Shown: positions 1-9,090 of the stretch, piece after piece
How the letters are laid out: every line of letters begins with the position of its first letter
Numbering within the stretch: position 1 is the stretch's first letter
DNA from: Arenicellales bacterium
GTDB taxonomy: Bacteria; Pseudomonadota; Gammaproteobacteria; Arenicellales; JAHEKD01
Direction of reading: 5' to 3'
Assembly: GCA_965215945.1 (NCBI GenBank)
Contig: CBDCFC010000046.1
Coordinates: 175,142-239,141 of the forward strand
DNA length: 64,000 nt
The notes under the pieces: generated by a model
Database searches by the model: none
Told to the model about the DNA's origin: nothing
Seen by the model: the letters and a program-made list of their open reading frames with translations, nothing else
Program-made: the position numbers and the translations under genes

Positions 1-1
1 T

Positions 2-88
2 CGAAGTACGGTTGAAATAGATGGCCGGACAGAAATACTGACAGGCAGGGCTTGTCGACAAGGCGATGGAACCTGGCGTGCGATCTAG
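2..88 (+). CDS. C-terminal end of an unidentified CDS cut by the window edge
   Basis: Frame 2 is open from the window edge to TAG at 86-88 (...ACRQGDGTWRAI*) and is followed by a terminator. Too short to assign. Confidence 0.2.
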   Translation, partial: RSTVEIDGRTEILTGRACRQGDGTWRAI

Positions 89-112
89 CGGCTACTAGCT
101 TTTAGTTAACTA

Positions 113-149
113 AACCGGGCTCTGTTTTAATCAGGGTCCGGTTTTTTTA
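113..149 (+). terminator. Rho-independent terminator
   Basis: AACCGGGCTCTG / CAGGGTCCGGTT imperfect stem (10 of 12 paired) with a 7-nt loop, running into a T7 tract. Confidence 0.6.
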
Positions 150-409
150 TGTAATTTAAGCACGTGTATTTAACCAATGCTTGAGCCATACTCTGCATTT
201 TTTCTTGTCGTTATCAATAATTGTAATTGCTAAGTGATACTTATGCTTGGTCTGTAAATTTTGTGTTCGTTGACGACAAGTGGTAATCTATCTGCGTTTT
301 TAAAAAATTGAGAATTCATCCGACCAAGTAATCAGACAAGATCATTTTAAAAGTCGTGGTTATTTGATTGGATTCTAATGTTATTTAGTTTTAGTTAAGG
401 AGATAAACA

Positions 410-1411
410 GTGAAAAAAACACTTGTATTAATGGCGGCTGTCGCTGCTTTAACAGTCAACACGGGAATTGCTCAGGCAAGTTGTGAGGATGGCGAATTAG
501 TTATTAAATTCAGCCACGTGACCAATACTGATAAGCATCCTAAAGGAATCGCGGCTTCACTTTTGGAAAAGCGCGTCAATGAAGAGATGAATGGCAAAGC
601 CTGTATGGAGGTTTTTCCCAATTCCAGTCTCTATGATGATGATAAAGTGCTTGAAGCACTACTGAACGGTGATGTGCAGCTGGCAGCACCTTCATTATCT
701 AAATTTGAGGAATACACCAAGAAATATCGCGTTTTCGATTTGCCGTTCTTGTTCAAGGACATAGATGCAGTTGATCGTTTTCAGAATTCAGAAACAGGAC
801 AAGCCCTGAAAGATGCGATGCAAAGGCGTGGCTTACAAGGTTTGCAGTTTTGGCACAATGGTATGAAACAGCTTTCAGCCAACAAGCCGCTGATTTCTCC
901 AGAAGATGCAAAAGGCTTAAAATTCCGAGTCCAGGCGTCTGACGTTTTGGTTGCACAATTTGAACAACTTGGCGCGAATCCGCAAAAAATGTCTTTTAAG
1001 GAAGTTTACGGCGGTTTGCAGACCAAGGTTATCGACGGGCAGGAGAACACCTGGTCGAATATTTACGGCAAGAAGTTCTTTGAAGTTCAAGATGGCGTGA
1101 CCGAGAGCAATCACGGTATTATTGATTACCTGGTTGTGACCTCAACCGAATGGTGGGAAGGGCTTGATGCGGAAATCAAAGAGCAATTTTCACAAATTCT
1201 TGCTGAAGTTACCGAAGAGCGTAATGCGGCGTCAACAGCTGTCAATGAAGATAATAAACAGTCGATTATTGACGCAGATGGTGAAGTACGCACGCTGACT
1301 GATGAACAACGTGCAGCATGGGTAGAAGCGCTTAAACCTGTCTGGGAACAGTTTGAGGGTGATATTGGTGCCGAGATTATTGAAGCTGCGGTAGCATCAA
1401 ACGAAGGTTGA
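410..1411 (+). CDS. dctP: TRAP transporter solute-binding protein, DctP family
   Basis: GTG start 7 nt after AAGGAG. Signal peptide MKKTLVLMAAVAALTVNTGIAQA. Family-typical LKFRV and FEVQ stretches. Followed by Q and M permease genes. Confidence 0.9.
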   Translation: MKKTLVLMAAVAALTVNTGIAQASCEDGELVIKFSHVTNTDKHPKGIAASLLEKRVNEEMNGKACMEVFPNSSLYDDDKVLEALLNGDVQLAAPSLSKFEEYTKKYRVFDLPFLFKDIDAVDRFQNSETGQALKDAMQRRGLQGLQFWHNGMKQLSANKPLISPEDAKGLKFRVQASDVLVAQFEQLGANPQKMSFKEVYGGLQTKVIDGQENTWSNIYGKKFFEVQDGVTESNHGIIDYLVVTSTEWWEGLDAEIKEQFSQILAEVTEERNAASTAVNEDNKQSIIDADGEVRTLTDEQRAAWVEALKPVWEQFEGDIGAEIIEAAVASNEG

Positions 1412-1427
1412 TTAAAACGTAACAATA

Positions 1428-1453
1428 GGCCGGCTGGAGATGTCCAGCCGGCC
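1428..1453 (+). promoter_or_regulatory. Intercistronic GC-rich hairpin between dctP and dctQ
   Basis: Perfect 11-bp stem GGCCGGCTGGA / TCCAGCCGGCC with a 4-nt loop and no U-tract. This placement is typical of mRNA-stabilising or attenuating hairpins after binding-protein genes. Confidence 0.5.
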
Positions 1454-1475
1454 TTAAGCGCATAGAAGGAGTAAC

Positions 1476-2099
1476 GTGTCTGAAAAAAATAGCTGGAGTT
1501 CAGCAACTGATAAATTAGAGGAGAATTTAATTGCCTTATTGATGGGCTTAATGACGGTGATCACTTTTGCCAACGTTGTTGCCCGTTATGTCTTTAACAG
1601 TAATATTCTTTGGGCACTTGAGGTCACTGTTTTTTTATTTGCCTGGCTGGTGTTGTTGGGTGTGTCCTATGGTGTCAAAAAATCGATTCACCTTGGCGTT
1701 GATGTGTTATTGAACATAGCGCCGCCACCTATCCGTCGCATTATGACCATTGTTGCTGTTTTGGCCTGCCTGTTATTTAGTTTGTTATTACTAAAGGGTA
1801 GCTGGGATTATTGGTCGCCGTTTATTGGCAAGCGAGCTTTTCTAGAAACCGAAGACGTGCCAATGCCAGATTTTCTGCAGTTTCTATCGACATGGTTAAA
1901 TGAGGGGGAGCGCTATGAAAAAATTCCACGTTTTATTCCATATTTTGCGTTACCACTGGGGATCGCGTTGTTAACGCTGCGTTATCTGCAATTGACCTGG
2001 CGAGTGATTAAAGGTGAAGCAGATTTACTTATTGCCAGCCATGAAGTCGAGGATGAGGTGATCGACGTCGACACTGATCAAAAGCAAGCCGGTAATTAG
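1476..2099 (+). CDS. dctQ: TRAP transporter small permease, DctQ family
   Basis: GTG start after GAAGGAG. About 4 hydrophobic helices. Position between the P and M genes. Confidence 0.85.
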   Translation: MSEKNSWSSATDKLEENLIALLMGLMTVITFANVVARYVFNSNILWALEVTVFLFAWLVLLGVSYGVKKSIHLGVDVLLNIAPPPIRRIMTIVAVLACLLFSLLLLKGSWDYWSPFIGKRAFLETEDVPMPDFLQFLSTWLNEGERYEKIPRFIPYFALPLGIALLTLRYLQLTWRVIKGEADLLIASHEVEDEVIDVDTDQKQAGN

Positions 2100-2101
2100 A
2101 A

Positions 2102-3466
2102 ATGGTTGTATTAATTCTGTTTCTTCTGGTTGTTGGACTACTGCTAATCGGCGTACCGATTGCCGTAGCATTAGGTTTATCGAGTATTCTGTTTTTGACC
2201 GTTTATTCTGACGGTTCGTTAAGCTCAATTGCGCAAACGCTGTTTTCAGCTTTTCATGGTCATTACACCTTGCTGGCTATCCCGTTTTTTATTCTCGCTT
2301 CCGTTTTTATGTCAACCGGAGGCGTGGCTAACCGGATTATCCGTTTCGCCATCGCTGTGGTTGGTCACCTTAAGGGCGGTCTGGCTATTGCCTCGGTGTT
2401 TGCCTGCATGATGTTTGCTGCCTTATCCGGTTCATCACCGGCCACTGTGGTGGCAATCGGTACGATAGTTATTGCCGCCATGAAACAGGTTGGGTATACA
2501 AAAGACTTTGCAGCCGGAGTGATTTGTAATGCAGGAACTTTGGGAATTTTAATACCACCTTCGATTGTAATGGTGGTTTATGCTGCGGCCACGGATGTTT
2601 CAGTCGGGCGAATGTTCTTAGCCGGTGTTTTACCTGGTCTGATTGCCGGATTAATGCTGATGATTGGCATATATGTGGCGGCCAGAATAAAAGACTTGCC
2701 TGCCCAGCCCTGGGCTGGATGGACGGAGATATTTGAATCAGCACGTGACGCAATTTGGGGTTTGCTGTTAATCGTCATCATTTTGGGCGGCATCTATGGC
2801 GGAATTTTTACACCCACAGAAGCTGCAGCTGTTGCCTCTGTTTATGCATTCTTTGTCGCTAATTTTATTTACAAGGATATGGGACCGCTGGCTGCACATA
2901 ATAATGAAACTGGAAATGTGATATGGCGGTGTATTACAGTGCTATGGCATAAAGATACTCGCAAAGCCTTATTTGAGGCCGGTAAATTAACCATCATGCT
3001 GATGTTTATTATCGCCAATGCACTAATTTTGAAACACGTGTTAACCGAGGAACGAATCCCGCAAGCCATTACGGAAGCCATGTTATCAGCCGGATTTGGC
3101 CCGATTATGTTCCTGGTGGTGGTTAATGTGATTTTGTTAATTGGTGGTCAGTTTATGGAGCCATCGGGGTTGTTAGTCATTGTGGCGCCATTAGTGTTTC
3201 CCATTGCTATCGCATTGGGGATCGATCCTATACATCTGGGTATTATCATGGTGGTAAATATGGAAATTGGCATGATTACGCCGCCAGTTGGATTAAATTT
3301 GTTCGTTACAGCCGGTGTGGCAGGGATGTCTGTGCTGAACGTTGTAAAAGCGGCATTACCATGGCTTGGAATTATGTTTATCTTCTTGATTTTAGTGACA
3401 TATGTACCCTGGATTTCAACCTGGTTACCAACCTTGATGATGGGACCTGAAATCATCACTAATTGA
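2102..3466 (+). CDS. dctM: TRAP transporter large permease, DctM family
   Basis: 454-aa polytopic membrane protein starting 2 nt after the dctQ stop. DctM-like glycine-rich helices throughout. Confidence 0.9.
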   Translation: MVVLILFLLVVGLLLIGVPIAVALGLSSILFLTVYSDGSLSSIAQTLFSAFHGHYTLLAIPFFILASVFMSTGGVANRIIRFAIAVVGHLKGGLAIASVFACMMFAALSGSSPATVVAIGTIVIAAMKQVGYTKDFAAGVICNAGTLGILIPPSIVMVVYAAATDVSVGRMFLAGVLPGLIAGLMLMIGIYVAARIKDLPAQPWAGWTEIFESARDAIWGLLLIVIILGGIYGGIFTPTEAAAVASVYAFFVANFIYKDMGPLAAHNNETGNVIWRCITVLWHKDTRKALFEAGKLTIMLMFIIANALILKHVLTEERIPQAITEAMLSAGFGPIMFLVVVNVILLIGGQFMEPSGLLVIVAPLVFPIAIALGIDPIHLGIIMVVNMEIGMITPPVGLNLFVTAGVAGMSVLNVVKAALPWLGIMFIFLILVTYVPWISTWLPTLMMGPEIITN

Positions 3467-3695
3467 ACAAATTAGAGCTTCAGCGATGGATTTTCGCTGT
3501 GCCATAACTTAATGAAATCTGGTGCCGAATGATATATACTATCTCTTCTGCTTGTGGGAGAGGAGTACGGTAGTTAAAAAACTCTGATCAGTTTTCGCTG
3601 GAAAATAATAATAAGAGCGATTACTTGCTGATTCATGGGTTTAGTCTGCATAAGGCAGGTTGCCAAATTGTAATTTAGCGGGGGTAGTCGTTAAA

Positions 3696-4610
3696 ATGAT
3701 TAGAACTAGTCGGTCCAATAATACGGTATCAATACCGAAAAGTGTTCTGTCAGTAAAAATTTTTTCCATCTTACTTGTTGGTTTGCTAGTAGCAGGAACA
3801 GTTCCGGTTACGCATTCATATCCTAGTGCGAAAGCCGATTTCAATAACATCTGGTTAGCTGCAAAAGAATTTTGGGATTCGCTGCAATTCTTTAAATCGC
3901 AACAACAAATCGACCGTGATCAAGTAGCGGAGGAAACTTTTGTCTCCACAAAAGACGATATGATGACTGAAGTCTTGAATCAAGGCTTGGAAAAACTAAA
4001 AAAGCATCCCGAATGTCGTTCAATCTATGTTTCAGAATATTTACCAACGTTTAATTCACATGTTATTGAGAAATGTGAAAAAGCGATTAAACAACACGAA
4101 CAAAAGCATTTATTTGACACCTACATCAAGCAATTGTGTTCAAACGTCACTGAATCTTCTTTAGCCCGCCAGCAAATCGGCGAAATTCAACTTCGATTGC
4201 GAAAATATTCACTGACATTTCCACAATCTAATATAAAAATAGCCGAGTCTGACATCGATGGCATATATGGCACTAAAACCTGTGAAACAGTTGCCAGCTA
4301 TCAAATTATCTCTCAATTTGATTCAATTAATGGTATAGCAGATCAGCACTTATACAATGACTTGGTAGCGGCTATTCCTTTAAGTGAGACTGAACTTGCA
4401 AGTCTAAATTGGAAAGCAAAGAAAAAACGTGCGCTTGCAGCTAAAAAAGAAAAAGCGTCAACAAAAGTCGCCGCGGCTGAACCAAATTATGAACTTCCCA
4501 CAAACCCGTTCAAGCGAATCGCTTTTTGCATACGCAATAGTCACATTAAGCAATGCAAATATTCAGCGCGAGGTATTGAAATTGCCAAAGCAGATATCAA
4601 TCACAAATAA
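3696..4610 (+). CDS. Secreted hypothetical protein with a peptidoglycan-binding-like repeat
   Basis: ATG at 3696 inside ORF 3660-4610. Hydrophobic signal anchor ILLVGLLVAGTVPV. DIDGIYGTKTCETVASYQ resembles the PG_binding_1 DGIFG..T..AV..FQ motif. Lys/Ala-rich C-terminal part. Confidence 0.5.
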   Translation: MIRTSRSNNTVSIPKSVLSVKIFSILLVGLLVAGTVPVTHSYPSAKADFNNIWLAAKEFWDSLQFFKSQQQIDRDQVAEETFVSTKDDMMTEVLNQGLEKLKKHPECRSIYVSEYLPTFNSHVIEKCEKAIKQHEQKHLFDTYIKQLCSNVTESSLARQQIGEIQLRLRKYSLTFPQSNIKIAESDIDGIYGTKTCETVASYQIISQFDSINGIADQHLYNDLVAAIPLSETELASLNWKAKKKRALAAKKEKASTKVAAAEPNYELPTNPFKRIAFCIRNSHIKQCKYSARGIEIAKADINHK

Positions 4611-4617
4611 TTAGATT

Positions 4618-5841
4618 CTAGATTATATTTTCGCTTTTTAATTGATCTAGTTCCTCATCACTTAGGCCAAGGATTTGCTTAAATACTTCCTCATTGTGAC
4701 TGCCGATTTCCAGACCCGGCCAGTTTGTTTTTCCGGGTGTTCGCTCTAACTTGGGAATAATTGCTGGAATCTTAAGTGGTTTTCCATTGATTTCAACACT
4801 TTCGAACATCCCACGTTGTTGATAATGTTTATCATTTATCATGTCCTCAACATTATAGATAGGTCCACCTGGAACACGGTTCTGCTCTAAAATTTCAATA
4901 ATCTGTTTCGAATGTTTTGATAAGCACCATTCACTTAAAGCTTTATCAATAATCGCTTCATTTTTGACTCGATCTTCATTGTTCGCCATATCCGGATTTT
5001 CAGCTATTTCCTGGTGACCAGCTGCTTTCATCAAGCGTTGGAAGATGGAATCGCCATTACCACCAATGACCACGTATTTGCCATCTTTACATCGGTAAGT
5101 ATTGGTCGGCACAATGCCGGTCAACGTCGTGCCCGAAGGCTCACGTACCACACCGGCTCCGTCATATTCAGGAATAACCGCTTCCATCAAGTTATACATA
5201 GCTTCGTAGATAGCAACGTCAACCACTTGCCCCTGTTGGTTTTTATATCGCTCTAATAGTGCTAACACAATACCAAGGGCGGCGTGAATGCCGGCAAGTG
5301 TATCGCCAATACTCAAGTTTGGCCTTACCGGCGCCTGATCTGGAAAACCGTTAATGGCTCTAAAGCCGCTAAAACCCTCGCACACTGAGGCGAAACCTGG
5401 TTTTTGTGCTAATGGACCAGTTTGTCCATAGCCCGAGATTCTTGTGTAAATCAGCTTAGGATTAAGCTGTTTGATTTTTTCAGGCCCCAGATTCCAGTTT
5501 TCCATTACGCCTGGGCGAAAGTTTTCAATCAATACATCAGCATCAGTTAATAGCGTTTTAACAATATCCCGTGCTTTTTCTTTTTTTAAATCAAGTGTGA
5601 TTGACTTTTTGTTACGACCAATACTGCGCCACCAAAGCGAAGTGCCATCTCGGACAACTCGCCAGTTACGAATTGGATCACCAGTTTGGGGTGGTTCAAC
5701 TTTGATGACCTCGGCACCGAAATAAGCCAGTATTGAACCTGCAAAGGGGCCGGCAATTAACTGGCCAAGCTCGATGACTCTGATGCCGTTTAACGGTGCG
5801 TTGGTTGGCTCGGTGGTAATGTCGCTGCTATTATTCATCAT
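4618..5841 (-). CDS. Family III CoA-transferase (CaiB/BaiF type)
   Basis: 407 aa. N-terminal L.GIRVIELGQLIAGPFAG..LA.FGAEVIKVEPP signature and an internal GD.L.G. segment typical of the family. Confidence 0.85.
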   Translation of the reverse strand: MMNNSSDITTEPTNAPLNGIRVIELGQLIAGPFAGSILAYFGAEVIKVEPPQTGDPIRNWRVVRDGTSLWWRSIGRNKKSITLDLKKEKARDIVKTLLTDADVLIENFRPGVMENWNLGPEKIKQLNPKLIYTRISGYGQTGPLAQKPGFASVCEGFSGFRAINGFPDQAPVRPNLSIGDTLAGIHAALGIVLALLERYKNQQGQVVDVAIYEAMYNLMEAVIPEYDGAGVVREPSGTTLTGIVPTNTYRCKDGKYVVIGGNGDSIFQRLMKAAGHQEIAENPDMANNEDRVKNEAIIDKALSEWCLSKHSKQIIEILEQNRVPGGPIYNVEDMINDKHYQQRGMFESVEINGKPLKIPAIIPKLERTPGKTNWPGLEIGSHNEEVFKQILGLSDEELDQLKSENII

Positions 5842-5899
5842 GATACATAGTAGTTTCTAGAATATACTTGTTCTAAATGTATTCACTTTTGTTATCACT

Positions 5900-6388
5900 A
5901 TGCAAGTCGCAATTATTTCTGACATTCATGACCATATGGCTAATCTACGTAAGGCTCTAGCGAAATTACACAACACGGATCTGTTAGTCTGCTGTGGCGA
6001 CCTGTGCTCGCCATTTATCATTAAAGAATTAGGAAAAAGGTATTCCAAGGATATTCATATCGTTTTTGGCAATAATGATGCGGATTTATTTCGCATAACA
6101 ACAAATGCTTTAAATTATCCAAATATTCAGTTACATGGCGAATTTTTGGAATTAGAAATCGATGGTAAAAAATTTGCCATCAATCATTTCGATAATATCG
6201 GACGTGCTCTGGCTTTCGGTGATAAATATGATGTGGTTTGTTTTGGGCACAATCATCAGTTTGAATTATCAACTAACAAACAAACCCTAATCATCAATCC
6301 AGGTGAAATCATGGGTGAATTAACAGGTCAGGCGACTTGTGTAATTTATAATACCGCAAGTCATCAGGCAGAGCGGATCGAGTTATAA
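5900..6388 (+). CDS. Metallophosphoesterase, YfcE/MJ0936 family
   Basis: MQVAIISDIHD, CCGDL, GNND and GHNH metal-ligand motifs in the canonical order. 162 aa. Confidence 0.8.
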   Translation: MQVAIISDIHDHMANLRKALAKLHNTDLLVCCGDLCSPFIIKELGKRYSKDIHIVFGNNDADLFRITTNALNYPNIQLHGEFLELEIDGKKFAINHFDNIGRALAFGDKYDVVCFGHNHQFELSTNKQTLIINPGEIMGELTGQATCVIYNTASHQAERIEL

Positions 6389-6545
6389 AACAATTTACTT
6401 ATATGGTATTGAAATCAAATGAGAAAATATTGTGAATTAGTTAATAGAACTTAATTGGATTTGAAATAATAATTAAAAAGAAATACTAATCATAAAGGAG
6501 GAAAGCAAGTGTCTACTTGTAAACAAACTCAGCGGTTAAACCTTA

Positions 6546-8996
6546 GTGCTTATGGACGATAAATCTAAATATAACGGGTCCAGGGTTGCTGTTCTAGCCG
6601 TACATGGGGTCGCAGACCAGTCGGTAAATAAGACAGCCCACCAAGCATGTGCAATTTTGCTGAGCGAACAACTTGATGTGGAATACGAATTTTTTGATGA
6701 GCAGAAAATCCATATCGGCCTTAATTCTATAGTGCTAGATAAACATCTTGACTTGGAAGCTGATAGTTTATGGAGTTTCCCGCCAGTTCAGTCCAGCAGT
6801 ATTAGCCACTGTGTTTACCAGCAACAGAAAATTAAATATGTAGATATGCATGATATTGAACCGAGTGAACTTGATTGTGAACAACTCGAACATGAATCAA
6901 TGCGCGAACAATTGCAGGGTTATGAAAACGAGGTTGCTGACAGTGTTCATGAAACAATTGTTTTAAAGGGTAGACGAGCATCAGATCAGGAGAACAGTGA
7001 AGATATTAAGGTAGATGTTTATGAAAGTTATTGGGCTGATTTATCAAGGTTGAAATCAGGTTATTTCACGGCTTTCTTTGAATTCTACTTGTTCCTGTTT
7101 TTTTTCTCCCGAATCGGCGGAATAACCGTTGAACGTGCGGTTGCTTTTTTTCGTTCCAGTAATGACTGGCGTCTATTACAAAAGCTGCATTGGGTCAGCG
7201 AAATCTGTTTGGTCATTGCTATACCGCTCAGCTACATGGCTTTATTAAGCCTTTCTGCAAGCGGTGCCCCTTATTTATTGCAAGCGATTGCACCAAATAT
7301 AGATCTGGGTTTGATATTTTTGGCTGTATTTGGCGTATTCGTGGCTGCTATGGGTATTTTATCGGCATGTTTTTTCGTCAAACAGAGGGGACATCGATGG
7401 TGGCCGGTTTTATTTTTACTAATTCTGGTGACAGCTACGGGCTTGATTTTGGCCATTAAACCTCTCGCGCAGGATTTGCGATTATTAGTCTTATTACTCT
7501 GGTTGCTTTGCTCTTCAGGATTTTTATGGCTTTGTTATGTTTACAATCAACGCAGGCCCGGTGCTTTTCTGTTCGGGGTGATATTTTTCACTATTACTGG
7601 AATTACGTTCACATTTTTTTTATTTGTTAGTTCTACAAATACATTGGAATATGTTTTTAATCAGGGGGTTGAAGCGACAAGATGGGTGATTAATTTGAAC
7701 ATAATCAGTTGGGTCGTGTTTGTTTTCTCCACGCTATTTTCGTCAATTACCGGTTTTTACATTACTTCAAAGTTACAAGGAAAGGAGAAAACGTTAGCTC
7801 AAAAAACAGTTTGGACTCAAACTTTAAGTCTGATTCTTCCCGGCACTTTAATAATGTTGATCTCGTTCAGTTTGTTGCAGGCCATTTATCATCTTACCAC
7901 CAAGTTAATACCTGAGGATGTGATCGCACCGTTGCAGCTATTGATAGATGAATTTATTTTTCCGCATTTATCTCATGCTCTGGGCATACTTTGTTTGGGT
8001 GTGTTGTTCGCATTCTGGATGGTTAGTCCCGCGTTATTTTTCGATAAGTTTAAACCTGATTTAGCAAAACGCGTCAAAGCCAGCAGCTGGATAGGGAAAA
8101 ATCTGACTAATGCCTACAAAAAAATGCGTTGGGTAGGTGAATTATTTCGGATTATGTTATTGGTAGCTTTACCAGTTGAATGGTTTTTACACATGGTTCC
8201 CAATGATATTGTCCATCACAATATCGACTTCCATCGGAATATTATCCTTTACGGTGGACTGCTTATTGTATTTATGATGTTTGGCTCTAAAGGTCCGCTG
8301 TCTTTTCTTGGTATGGGTTTCCGGGCAGGCCTTGATGTCGGTTTGGATGTGGCGAACTGGCTACGCTATCGGCCCAGGGAAACTAATCCCCGGGCCGCCA
8401 TTTTTCGCAGATATGTGGCAATACTTAAACATATAGCACAGTGGCGTGATCCCAAGACTGGCCAGGGTTACGATCGGCTAGTGATTGTGGCGCACAGTCA
8501 GGGCACAGTGATTACGGCCGACATACTCAGGTTTTTAACACAAGAATTTAAAAATTCTAATCTGAGTCAACGATCACCAGAGTTAGCTCGATTTTTCTTA
8601 TCGGGTACAGACAATATCCCCATCAGCTTACTGACATTTGGCAGTCCTTTAAGACAACTCTATAGTGAGAGATTCCCACTGCAATATAAGTGGGCTGGCG
8701 TAAACGCTGATAATACTAATCAAAAAGGATCGTTCCAAGGGCCTGACCCACACACTTTAGCATTGACAAGCTGGTCAAATTTGTACTGTAGTGGTGATTA
8801 TGTAGGAAGGTATTTATGGTGTGAGGAAGATGATGAATATGTTTGGTCAAACACATGGACAGATGATCAAAAATCGCACATATATCCTAACGCCAGAGAG
8901 AAGTGTCTCGGTGCAGGTGGACATACCAATTATTGGACTGGCGAACTGCCAGACGTTGCGCTTGAACTGGATAGGCTTATTCATTCACAGCCTTAA
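6546..8996 (+). CDS. Polytopic membrane protein with a split alpha/beta-hydrolase (serine hydrolase) fold
   Basis: N-terminus has RVAVLAVHGVADQ and VDVYESYWADLSR. About 12-14 hydrophobic helices follow. C-terminus has DRLVIVAHSQGTVI (nucleophile elbow), LTFGSPLRQ, CSGDYVGRY and GAGGHTNYW as Ser/Asp/His candidates. ATG at 6552 is an alternative start. Confidence 0.6.
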   Translation: MLMDDKSKYNGSRVAVLAVHGVADQSVNKTAHQACAILLSEQLDVEYEFFDEQKIHIGLNSIVLDKHLDLEADSLWSFPPVQSSSISHCVYQQQKIKYVDMHDIEPSELDCEQLEHESMREQLQGYENEVADSVHETIVLKGRRASDQENSEDIKVDVYESYWADLSRLKSGYFTAFFEFYLFLFFFSRIGGITVERAVAFFRSSNDWRLLQKLHWVSEICLVIAIPLSYMALLSLSASGAPYLLQAIAPNIDLGLIFLAVFGVFVAAMGILSACFFVKQRGHRWWPVLFLLILVTATGLILAIKPLAQDLRLLVLLLWLLCSSGFLWLCYVYNQRRPGAFLFGVIFFTITGITFTFFLFVSSTNTLEYVFNQGVEATRWVINLNIISWVVFVFSTLFSSITGFYITSKLQGKEKTLAQKTVWTQTLSLILPGTLIMLISFSLLQAIYHLTTKLIPEDVIAPLQLLIDEFIFPHLSHALGILCLGVLFAFWMVSPALFFDKFKPDLAKRVKASSWIGKNLTNAYKKMRWVGELFRIMLLVALPVEWFLHMVPNDIVHHNIDFHRNIILYGGLLIVFMMFGSKGPLSFLGMGFRAGLDVGLDVANWLRYRPRETNPRAAIFRRYVAILKHIAQWRDPKTGQGYDRLVIVAHSQGTVITADILRFLTQEFKNSNLSQRSPELARFFLSGTDNIPISLLTFGSPLRQLYSERFPLQYKWAGVNADNTNQKGSFQGPDPHTLALTSWSNLYCSGDYVGRYLWCEEDDEYVWSNTWTDDQKSHIYPNAREKCLGAGGHTNYWTGELPDVALELDRLIHSQP

Positions 8997-9090
8997 TTAA
9001 ATTTTTTCTCAAGAATTCTTCAATACAAAAAGTCAAACCAACACTGAGCTTTGTTAGACTGTAAACTGAACTTGTTTAGTCACTAAGGGC

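Noticed and set aside
4429-4614. Alternate-frame 61-codon ORF at the end of the 3660-4610 gene
   Set aside because: It is fully nested in the longer ORF. Its Lys/Arg-rich product arises from the A-rich coding sequence of the other frame.
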